Shown here one piece after another: positions 10,113-17,344 of a stretch of DNA of 64,000 nucleotides (its first letter is position 1; every line of letters starts with the position of its first letter). The stretch covers positions 53,892 to 117,891 of the forward strand of contig CAZKYO010000004.1 in the NCBI GenBank assembly GCA_964557115.1, given 5' to 3'. The stretch is from an uncultured Gemmatimonadaceae bacterium. GTDB taxonomy: Bacteria > Gemmatimonadota > Gemmatimonadetes > Gemmatimonadales > GWC2-71-9. The translations under genes were made by a program, and so were the position numbers. The notes beneath the pieces are model-generated. The model did not search any database. It worked only from the letters and a program-made list of their open reading frames with translations, and had not been told where the DNA came from.

Positions 10113-10534
10113 CAGCCCATCCGCCGGACTCCGCACTCCCAGCCCACCCCGATTGAGCACGTGGGTGTAGATCATCGTCGTCGTCACATCCCGATGCCCC
10201 AACAGCTCCTGCATGGTGCGAATGTCCCCTCGTCCGCGCTTCGCGCGAACTCGGGGCAGGCTTCTCCCGATTCCAGCAGGTGCGTCGCGAACGAATGCCT
10301 CAGGGTGTGACAGCTCGCCCGCTTGCCAATCCCGCTCTCCCGCACCGCCGCCGTCATCGTCCGCTGCATCGCGCTCTCGTGCAGGTGATGCCGGCGCACC
10401 TCGCCGCTCATGCCGTCGCGATACCGCCGCGTTGCCGGGAACACCCACTGCCAGGGCCAGCTCCGCGCTGCGTTCGGAAACTTCCGGTCCAGCGCCCCCG
10501 GCAACGCCACCCACCCCGCCCCGTCGGCCAGGTC
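10113..10534 (-). pseudogene. intI: integron integrase (IntI) remnant, N-terminally truncated and frameshifted
   Basis: Two frames (track ORFs 10184..10606 and 9954..10514) together read [24 protein letters not shown]...[12 protein letters not shown]...[18 protein letters not shown] // [38 protein letters not shown]. This includes the IntI-specific ALERKYP...W.WVFP patch plus the box II Tyr. About 150 N-terminal residues are missing, and a 38-nt block interrupts the frame. Confidence 0.8.
10227..10264. repeat. 38-nt block interrupting the intI remnant, with a perfect 10-bp palindrome TTCGCGCGAA (10240-10249)
   Basis: On the coding strand GAAGCCTGCCCCGAGTTCGCGCGAAGCGCGGACGAGGG lies between HLLESG and DIRT, where IntI proteins have a single Tyr codon. 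The net +35 nt shifts the frame. Confidence 0.6.
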
Positions 10535-10545
10535 GCGCGAGCGCC

Positions 10546-10761
10546 CTACGCCGTCCCCGACGACCCCTTCCGCGTCGACCACCCGAACAGCGAGTAGCCG
10601 GGGCACCGCGCGGCCAGGGAGGAGAGCAGGAACACCACCGCGATCACCCCCAGCACGATCGCCAGCGTGCCGCTGATCCGGCCGGTGAAGTAGAGCACCG
10701 CGATCGCGACCGCGATCAGGGTGCGGATGAGGCGATCCGCCGTGCTCATGTTGATCGGCAT
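10546..10761 (-). CDS. DUF2892 (YgaP-like) small membrane protein
   Basis: 71-aa [64 protein letters not shown]. Typical DUF2892 layout with C-terminal CP.Y motif. Confidence 0.7.
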   Translation of the reverse strand: MPINMSTADRLIRTLIAVAIAVLYFTGRISGTLAIVLGVIAVVFLLSSLAARCPGYSLFGWSTRKGSSGTA

Positions 10762-10936
10762 GCGACGCTCCCGGCGAGGCGTGAGGGGGACGCCGTGGGC
10801 CGGGGCGGGCGCCCCGGCGCGTGGCGCACCCTGAAGGTGCCGCCCGAAACGAGGCCCGACAAGCGACCCCGCCCTGCCCCGACCACCCCCTATTGGACCA
10901 GTGATTTTCGGGTTATCTTCGGTTTCCTGCTGCCCC

Positions 10937-10976
10937 CTCGAATCGCGAGTCTCGAATCCCGGTTCTCGATGAAATC
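10937..10976. repeat. solo heptad/14-mer tract (CTCGAATCnCGnnT x3) overlapping the imuB start codon
   Basis: ctcgaatcgcgagt ctcgaatcccggtt ctcgatgaaatc read directly. ATTCGCG-type heptad family. No inverted partner within 170 nt upstream. Confidence 0.7.
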
Positions 10977-12450
10977 CGTCCTCTTCGTCGACCCCCCCGC
11001 CTTCTGCACCACCGTGGCCGCGATGGACGACCCGTCGCTGCGCCACCGGCCGGTCGCGATCGCCCCCCTGGGGGCCGACCGCGCGGTGCTGCTGGCGCTC
11101 TCGGCCGAGGCGCGGCGCGAGGGGCTCGCGCGGGGGACGCCGGTGGCGCTGGCGCGGCGGATCTGCCCCGACCTGATCGTGCGTCCCCCGGAGCCGCGGC
11201 GCTGGGCCCGCGCCCACCGGGCGCTGCACGAGATCCTGTCGCGGGTGGCGCCGGTGATCGAGCCGAAGACGTGGGGGCACTCCTACCTCGACATCACCGG
11301 CACCGAGCGCCTCTTCGGTTCACCCGTCGACGTCGCCCGCCGCCTCGAGCGCGAGGCGCGTGAACGCCTCGGGCTGCCGCTCGCGGTGGGGATCGCGATC
11401 AACAAGCTGGTGAGCGAGACGGCCGCGACGGTCGTCAAGCGCGAGACGGGCGCGCTGATCTGGCCGGTGGCGGCGGGACACGAGGCGGTGTTCCTGGCGC
11501 CCGAATCGGTGGCGCTCCTGCCCGACGTGTCCGACCCGATCCGCGAACGGCTCGACGACTACCACCTCGAGCGGATCGGCGAGGTCGCCGCGCTCGGCGA
11601 ACAGCCGCTCCGGATCGCGTTCGGACGCGCGGGCCGCACCCTGCACCAGCACGCGCACGGCATCGATCGCCGCCCGGTGCTGCCGCCGGCGGTCCGGGCC
11701 GAGTGCCGCGTCGCGCACGTGCTGGCGACCGACACCAACGACCGCGCCGTGCTGCAGCGGCTGCTCCGCGCCATGAGCGAGCGGATCGGCCGCCGGCTCC
11801 GCGAGCGCGGCTACGTGGCGGGACGCCTCCACCTCGCGGTGCGCCACGCCGACGACACGACCGCCGAGCGGCGGGTGCGGCTCGCCGCCTGCACCCTCGA
11901 CGTCGAGCTCTGGCGCGCCGCGTGCGCCGCGCTCGACCAGGCGCTGACGCGGCGCATCGCGGTGCGCAGCGTGACCCTCACCGCCCTGGAGCTCCACGAC
12001 GGCGACGGACAGTTCGAGTTGTGGGAGGACCCCGCGGCCCTCTCGGCGCCGGAGGCCACCGCGCTGCAGCGGGCGGTGGATGGGGTGCGGCGGGTGTTGG
12101 GAGAAAGGCAGGTCCCTCGACTCGCGCCTGCGGCGCTCGCTCGGGATGACAGTGGTGAGGAATCGCCCTTCGCCCCTCACCCTTCGCCGGTCGCCTACCA
12201 GTCCCACGCCTCCAGCCGCTCGGTGCCGTCGTCGTCGACCGACAGCGTCACCAGCAGGTCGCCGTCGAGCACGGCGCGTTCGCTGCGACGCGGCAGCCGC
12301 AGCGTCCGCACCCAGCGGCCGGCGGCGGCGAACAACCGCCAGTCACAGCCGGTGGCGCCGGCCCCGCAGTACCCCGCGACGGCGAGACGGCCGTCGCGCC
12401 CCACGGCCAGCGCGCCGACGAGCGGCACTGTCGCGGCGAACGTGGCATGA
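10969..12450 (+). CDS. imuB: ImuB-like catalytically inactive Y-family DNA polymerase
   Basis: Start at MKSVLFVDPPAFC. Y-family fold motifs are present, but the catalytic DxD is replaced (VDPPAF) and the SIDE Glu is absent (SYLDITG), as in ImuB. dnaE2 lies nearby. The 3' end is uncertain: no stop until 12450, and the last ~85 codons are antisense to the convergent gene. Confidence 0.75.
   Translation: MKSVLFVDPPAFCTTVAAMDDPSLRHRPVAIAPLGADRAVLLALSAEARREGLARGTPVALARRICPDLIVRPPEPRRWARAHRALHEILSRVAPVIEPKTWGHSYLDITGTERLFGSPVDVARRLEREARERLGLPLAVGIAINKLVSETAATVVKRETGALIWPVAAGHEAVFLAPESVALLPDVSDPIRERLDDYHLERIGEVAALGEQPLRIAFGRAGRTLHQHAHGIDRRPVLPPAVRAECRVAHVLATDTNDRAVLQRLLRAMSERIGRRLRERGYVAGRLHLAVRHADDTTAERRVRLAACTLDVELWRAACAALDQALTRRIAVRSVTLTALELHDGDGQFELWEDPAALSAPEATALQRAVDGVRRVLGERQVPRLAPAALARDDSGEESPFAPHPSPVAYQSHASSRSVPSSSTDSVTSRSPSSTARSLRRGSRSVRTQRPAAANNRQSQPVAPAPQYPATARRPSRPTASAPTSGTVAANVA
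12154..12190. repeat. small heptad palindromic element (CTTCGCC/CCTCACC type) in the imuB 3' region
   Basis: ggtgagg aatcg cccttcg cccctca cccttcg cc. Stem ggtgagg/cctcacc. Translated in the imuB frame as GEESPFAPHPSP. Confidence 0.55.
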
Positions 12451-13325
12451 TCGAGCCACTCCTCCACCATGCGGCGCTCCATCTCGGTGCCGGCCTCGCC
12501 GAGGCGCACCGCGCGGTAACGGGCGCGGGCGTCGTCGTCCACCGGCGCGCCCGACTCGTTCCATCGCACGATCCGGCGCACGGCACCGTTCGACCCGCCG
12601 AGACGCACCTCCGCCGCCAGGCCGGTGGCGCGTGCCAGCCAGGGGCCGGCCGTGGCGACCGATGCGACCGCGCCGAAGGCCTGGTCGTGGAGGTTGGGAC
12701 CCAGGTCGGCCAGCACGAAGTCGACCATGCTCGAGTGCATCCAGCCGCTGCTGCCGAGCGGCAGGCCGGTGGCCGAGACGCGGGAGAGCACCAGCGAGTC
12801 GCGATTGAGGCCGGGCTGCATCTGCTTGAAGAAGCGCGCCGCCAGGAGCAGCGACCCGTCGTCGAAGGCGCCGCGCAGTTCCGTGTTGGGCCCGTCGAGG
12901 TCGAGCTGCAGGGTGCGCAGCAGCGCCCCGTCGGGACCGATCACCGTGAGCCGACCGATCCCGAACTCGTAGGCGAAGGCGGTGTCGCCGATCGCCGCGA
13001 CCGAGAGGGCCCGCTGGAACTCGCCCGGGCCGGCGCCCTTCCGCCCGAAGCGCCAGCGCAGCGTCCCGTCGGCCCCGAACGCCAGCACCTCGGCGCTGCC
13101 GCTGTTCGCCACCAGCAGCGTGCCGTCGTCGCGCACCGCAAGGTCGGTCACGTCGAGCAGCGGCGAGCCCTCGCCACCGACGGTCCATCGCGGCGCGGGC
13201 GTGATCACGCTGTCCGGGGCGGCGCTCGTGACGATCGCGATCCCGGCGCTGTCGGTCGCCGCCCCGGGAGGGGGCGCGCCGCGCCCGCCGCAGGCCGCGA
13301 GGAGGAGCGCCAGCGCGAACGCCAT
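12195..13325 (-). CDS. lipoprotein with NHL/6-bladed beta-propeller-like repeats
   Basis: Start chosen at MAFALALLLAACGG (lipobox, 13325). Repeats such as VRDDGTLLVANSGSAEVLAFGADGTLRWRFGRKGAGPGEF. The upstream track extension only translates the palindromic element at 13419-13480. Confidence 0.7.
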   Translation of the reverse strand: MAFALALLLAACGGRGAPPPGAATDSAGIAIVTSAAPDSVITPAPRWTVGGEGSPLLDVTDLAVRDDGTLLVANSGSAEVLAFGADGTLRWRFGRKGAGPGEFQRALSVAAIGDTAFAYEFGIGRLTVIGPDGALLRTLQLDLDGPNTELRGAFDDGSLLLAARFFKQMQPGLNRDSLVLSRVSATGLPLGSSGWMHSSMVDFVLADLGPNLHDQAFGAVASVATAGPWLARATGLAAEVRLGGSNGAVRRIVRWNESGAPVDDDARARYRAVRLGEAGTEMERRMVEEWLDHATFAATVPLVGALAVGRDGRLAVAGYCGAGATGCDWRLFAAAGRWVRTLRLPRRSERAVLDGDLLVTLSVDDDGTERLEAWDW

Positions 13326-13418
13326 CCCCGCCTCGCCGCGACCGGGGACCGGATCGGGGCGCTCCTGGATCTCGAGGGACGGCAGGATCACGGCTCGCAT
13401 GCCGAGAACTATATCCGC

Positions 13419-13480
13419 GAGATTCGCGATTGGAGACTCGAGATCCGGAAAGGCCCCTCGAATCTCCGATCGCGAATCAC
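13419..13480. repeat. heptad-arm palindromic element, ATTCGCG family
   Basis: Left gagattcgcgattggagactcgag vs reverse complement of right gtgattcgcgatcggagattcgag (21/24 match), 14-nt spacer. Lies in the divergent spacer between the propeller lipoprotein gene and tag. Confidence 0.8.
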
Positions 13481-13501
13481 GATCCTCCGCCTGAGGCACC
13501 C

Positions 13502-14029
13502 ATGAGCTCCTACTGTGACATCGCCCCGGGCCATCCGGTCCACGGGCCGTACCACGACACCGAGTACGGCTTCCCGCTCCGCGACGACGCGGGGCTGTTC
13601 GAGCGGCTGGTGCTCGAGATCAACCAGGCCGGCCTGTCGTGGCTGACGATCCTGAAGAAGCGCGAGGCGTTCCGCGCGGCCTACCGCGGCTTCGATCCGC
13701 ACGTGGTGGCGCGCTTCGGCGCGCGCGACCGCGCCCGGCTGCTGGCCGACGCCGGGATCATCCGCAACCGCCTCAAGGTCGACGCGGCGATCCACAACGC
13801 GAGGCGGCTCGTGGTGCTGATCGACGAGCACGGTTCGTTCGCCGACTGGCTCGACCGGCAGGGCACGCTGTCGAAGGCCGAATGGGTGAAGGCGATGAAG
13901 CGCGAGTTCCGCTTCATGGGCGGCGAGATCGTCGGCGAGTTCCTGATGAGCATCGGCCGGCTGCCGGGGGCGCACGCACCAGGGTGTCCGGTCGCGAAGC
14001 AGCTGGCGCGCCGCGCGCGGCGCGCCTGA
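13502..14029 (+). CDS. tag: DNA-3-methyladenine glycosylase I
   Basis: Start at MSSYCDIAPG. YHDTEYGFP, LEINQAGLSWLTILKKREAFR and FMGGEIVGEFLMSIG are Tag hallmarks. Confidence 0.9.
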   Translation: MSSYCDIAPGHPVHGPYHDTEYGFPLRDDAGLFERLVLEINQAGLSWLTILKKREAFRAAYRGFDPHVVARFGARDRARLLADAGIIRNRLKVDAAIHNARRLVVLIDEHGSFADWLDRQGTLSKAEWVKAMKREFRFMGGEIVGEFLMSIGRLPGAHAPGCPVAKQLARRARRA

Positions 14030-14101
14030 TCCGGCCGTGCGCAGGACGACGATCGGCGGCGCCGCAAGCGACGCCGCAGCGACGCGGGTCCGTCCGCTCC
14101 G

Positions 14102-17100
14102 ATGAGCTTCACTCACCTCCACGTCGCCTCCTGGTTCTCCTTCGGCCGCGGCGCCTCGTCCCCCGAGGCGCTGGTGCAGGCCGCGGCGCGGCGCGGCTTC
14201 CGCGTGCTGGCGCTCACCGACACCAACGGCGCGTACGGCGCGGTCGAGTTCCAGAAGGCCTGCGACGCCGCGGGGATCCGCCCGATCCTCGGCGCGCGGC
14301 TGGTGACCCGCGCCCATCGCGCGGTGGTGCTCGCCGAGGACGCCCGGGGATGGGCCGCGCTCTGCCGCGCCGTCACCGCGATCCACTGGGACGCCGACCT
14401 CGCCCTCTCGGCGCAGCTGGCGGTCGATCGCCAGGGGCTGACGGTGCTCTCCGACGACGCCGACCTGCTCGAGCGCCTGGTGAAGCTCTCCGGCCCCGCC
14501 GGGATCTGCGCCGAGCTGATCCCCGGCCCCGATCGCCACCGGGTGCTCGCCGCGGCGCGGCGCCTGGGCCTCCCCGCGGTCGTCACCGGCGGCGTGGTGA
14601 TGGCCAACGCCGAGGACTGGCCGAGGCAGCGGATGATCGAGGCCATACATCGGAATGGCGTGCTGGACGAGGGCGGCGAGGGGCGACAGGCGACGGGCGA
14701 CGGGCGCACCGACGCTCCTGTCGCCTGTCGCGTGTCGCCTGTCGCGCCCCGCGACGCGTGGCTGCGCCCGGCACCGGAGCTCGAGCGGCATTTCCCCGAC
14801 GTCCCCGACGCCTTCGCCGCCGCCGGCGTGATCGCCGAGCGATGCCAGTTCCGGCTGCCGCTGGGCCAGACGATCGCGCCGCGGGTGGCCGACGCCGGCC
14901 ACGCGCTCGAGCGGTTGCGCACCCTCGCCTACGCCGGCGCGATGCGGCGCTACGGCACCATCGCGCCGGTGACCCGCGACCGGCTCGAGCACGAGCTCGC
15001 GATCATCGGGATGAAGGGGTTCGCCGACTACTTCCTGATCGTGCGCGACATCGTCGACCACGGCCCCACCCACTGCGGCCGCGGTTCGGTCGCGAACTCG
15101 ATCGTCTCCTACTGCCTGGGCATCACCCACGTCGAGCCGCTCGGCGCGGGGCTGCTGTTCGAGCGCTTCCTCAACCCCGCGCGCCGGGATCCGCCCGACA
15201 TCGACCTCGACTTCCCGTGGGACGAGCGCGACCGGATCCTGGCGTGGGTCTTCCGCCAGTGGCCCAGGCCGCGGGCGGCGATGGTGAGCAACCACAACTG
15301 CCTGCGGCTCGCCGGGGCGCTGCGCGAGGTGGCCAAGGTGCACGGCCGGCCCGCGAACGAGATCCGCGAGGTGACGCGCCGGGTGCCCCACTACGACCCC
15401 GGCGACGACCCGCGGGCGCTGTTCCGCGACCACCCCAACTTCCGCGACCTCCGGCTGCCGCGCGCCTGGCAGGACTACGCGGTGCAGGCGGCCGCGCTGG
15501 TCGGCACGCCGCGCCACCTCTCGCTGCACCCCGGCGGCGTGGTGATCGTCCCCGGCGCGCTCACCGACACGGTGCCGATCGAGCCGGCCGCCAAGCGACT
15601 CGACGGCGCCCCCGACCTCACCGTGCCGGTGATCCAGTTCGAGAAGGACGGCGCCGAGGACGCCGGCCTGGTCAAGATCGACCTGCTCGGCAACCGCTCC
15701 CTGGCGGTGATCCGCGACGCGATCGCGATGGTGCGGACCGGCACCGGCGTGCAGCTCGACTACACCTCGCACGCGGCGGGCGACGACCCCGCCACCCGGG
15801 CGCTCTTCCGCACCGGCGACACGCTGGGCGTCTTCTACACCGAGTCGCCGGCGTCGAGGATCCTCAACCTCAAGTCGCGGGCCGAGAGCTATGACCTGCT
15901 GGTGCTCAACACGTCGATCATCCGGCCGGCCAGCAACAAGTGGATCACCATCTACCTCGAACGGCTGCACGGCACGCCGTACGAACCGCTCGATCCGTCG
16001 CTGCGCGACGTGCTGGCCGAGACGTTCGGGGTGATGGTCTACCAGGAGGACGTCGTCAACGTCGCCCACGTCTTCGCCGGCCTCGACTGGGCCTCCGCCG
16101 ACGGGCTCCGCAAGGCGCTCTCCAAGAAGCGCCCCGAGAAGCACCTCGCGGCGTACGCCGACGAGTTCGTCCGCGGCGCCGCGGCGCTCGGCCGCGACCC
16201 CGCCACGACCGGGAAGGTGTGGGAGAACATCCTCGCCTTCGCCGGCTACTCGTTCTGCAAGGGGCACTCGTGCTCCTACATCCAGGTCGCGCAGCAGAGC
16301 TGCTACCTGCGCGCCAACCACCCGGCCGAGTTCATCGCCGCGGTGCTCGCCAACGGCGGCGGCTTCTACCGACCGTTCGCCTACGTGGCCGAGGCGATGC
16401 GGATGGGCGTGACCGTGCTGCCGCCCGACGTGAACGCGAGCGCGTGGCGGTGCACCGGGCGGGACCGCGAGCTGCGGGTCGGCCTCCAGTTCATCAAGGG
16501 ACTCTCCACCGCCGGCGCCGACGCCCTCGTGGCGGCCCGCGAGGCGGACGGGCCGTTCGCGTCGCTCGACGACCTGCGCCGCCGCACCGCGCTGTCGCGC
16601 GACGACCTGCGATTGCTCGTCAAGGTCGGCGCCTGCGACGCGATCGCCGCCGGACGGCACCGGCCGGAGCTGCTGTGGGCGGTGGATGTCATCCCGCCCT
16701 CGCTCGCCACCCGAGCGAGCGGCGGGATCTCCGAGGTCGCCACGCCCCGACCCGCTGCGTCACGGGTCGGAGCGTTCACGGCCTCGGAGGCCCCGCCGCT
16801 CGGGCTGAAGCCCGAGGGCGGGGCGATCCCCCGCCTCCGCGACTACCCGCCCGAGCGCAAGCGCCAGGACGCGTGGGCGCTGCTCGGCTTCTGCACCGAC
16901 GCCCATCCGATGACGCTGCACGCGGCCTCGCTCCGCCGCTTCCGCCTGGCGCGCAGCACCGAGCTGCACCGCCACGTCGGCAAGCGGGTGCTGATGGCGG
17001 GGATGTACACCACCGGCAAGCCGGTCCACACCGCGAAGCACGAGCCGATGCAGTTCGCCACTTTCGACGACGGGCACGGCCTGGTCGAGTGCGTCCTCTT

Positions 17101-17257
17101 CCCCGACGTGTACGCCGAGCGGAGCCACGTCCTCTTCGACCAGGGACCGTTCCTGTTCCGGGGGATCGTGGAGGAGTCGTTCGGGGCGATCACCGTGACC
17201 GTGACACACCTGGAGCGGCTGGAGCGTATGTTGGGCCGGATGAACCGAGATTCGTGA
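14102..17257 (+). CDS. dnaE2: error-prone DNA polymerase III alpha-like subunit DnaE2 (ImuC)
   Basis: 1051-aa ORF with PHP domain start MSFTHLHVASWFSFGRGASSPEALV, PDIDLDF, LVKIDLLGNRSL, SYCKGHSCSY-type motifs. Length and lack of a C-terminal tau-binding region fit DnaE2. Confidence 0.95.
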   Translation: MSFTHLHVASWFSFGRGASSPEALVQAAARRGFRVLALTDTNGAYGAVEFQKACDAAGIRPILGARLVTRAHRAVVLAEDARGWAALCRAVTAIHWDADLALSAQLAVDRQGLTVLSDDADLLERLVKLSGPAGICAELIPGPDRHRVLAAARRLGLPAVVTGGVVMANAEDWPRQRMIEAIHRNGVLDEGGEGRQATGDGRTDAPVACRVSPVAPRDAWLRPAPELERHFPDVPDAFAAAGVIAERCQFRLPLGQTIAPRVADAGHALERLRTLAYAGAMRRYGTIAPVTRDRLEHELAIIGMKGFADYFLIVRDIVDHGPTHCGRGSVANSIVSYCLGITHVEPLGAGLLFERFLNPARRDPPDIDLDFPWDERDRILAWVFRQWPRPRAAMVSNHNCLRLAGALREVAKVHGRPANEIREVTRRVPHYDPGDDPRALFRDHPNFRDLRLPRAWQDYAVQAAALVGTPRHLSLHPGGVVIVPGALTDTVPIEPAAKRLDGAPDLTVPVIQFEKDGAEDAGLVKIDLLGNRSLAVIRDAIAMVRTGTGVQLDYTSHAAGDDPATRALFRTGDTLGVFYTESPASRILNLKSRAESYDLLVLNTSIIRPASNKWITIYLERLHGTPYEPLDPSLRDVLAETFGVMVYQEDVVNVAHVFAGLDWASADGLRKALSKKRPEKHLAAYADEFVRGAAALGRDPATTGKVWENILAFAGYSFCKGHSCSYIQVAQQSCYLRANHPAEFIAAVLANGGGFYRPFAYVAEAMRMGVTVLPPDVNASAWRCTGRDRELRVGLQFIKGLSTAGADALVAAREADGPFASLDDLRRRTALSRDDLRLLVKVGACDAIAAGRHRPELLWAVDVIPPSLATRASGGISEVATPRPAASRVGAFTASEAPPLGLKPEGGAIPRLRDYPPERKRQDAWALLGFCTDAHPMTLHAASLRRFRLARSTELHRHVGKRVLMAGMYTTGKPVHTAKHEPMQFATFDDGHGLVECVLFPDVYAERSHVLFDQGPFLFRGIVEESFGAITVTVTHLERLERMLGRMNRDS
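14683..14746. repeat. heptad-arm palindromic element (GCGACAG/CTGTCGC family) inside the dnaE2 reading frame
   Basis: gcgacag gcgacgg gcgacgg g - cgcaccgacgct - cc tgtcgcc tgtcgcg tgtcgcc tgtcgcg. Translated as GRQATGDGRTDAPVACRVSPVA, and the ORF stays open. Confidence 0.85.
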
Positions 17258-17344
17258 CTCGAGACTCGCGATTCGCGGAAACCACGACGAGAGCGAGGCC
17301 CGGGATGACACCCTCCAATCGCGAATCACGAATCGCGACTCTCC
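17249..17344. repeat. heptad-arm palindromic element, ATTCGCG family, spanning the dnaE2 stop and the next gene start
   Basis: Left gattcgt gactcga gactcgc gattcgc (17249-17276); right ccaatc gcgaatc acgaatc gcgactc (17315-17341). The dnaE2 TGA (17255-17257) lies in the left arm, and the ATG at 17305 lies in the spacer. Confidence 0.8.

Noticed and set aside
8500-11000. attI/attC sites or a cassette array next to the intI remnant
   Set aside because: Only an isolated GTTRRRY-like heptamer (GTTGGGC, 9255-9261) was seen, with no paired R''/L''-L'/R' structure. The 5' (attI) side of intI is replaced by the DUF2892 gene and imuB. A covariance-model scan would be needed to be sure.
10937-13480. 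GAATCGCGA/TCGCGATTC inverted repeats upstream of imuB and of tag-dnaE2 as the lineage-specific LexA (SOS) box
   Set aside because: The same motif family occurs downstream of dnaE2, inside pabB and between the GGDEF gene and lon, so it behaves as a dispersed repeat rather than a regulon-specific operator. No CTGT-N8-ACAG, GAAC-N4-GTTC or GTTC-N7-GTTC box was seen.
13409-16660. 1083-aa ORF on the minus strand opposite dnaE2
   Set aside because: Exactly antisense to a motif-rich, clearly real gene. Its translation is R/G/A/P/V/E-rich with no motif. This is a typical shadow ORF of roughly 70% GC DNA.
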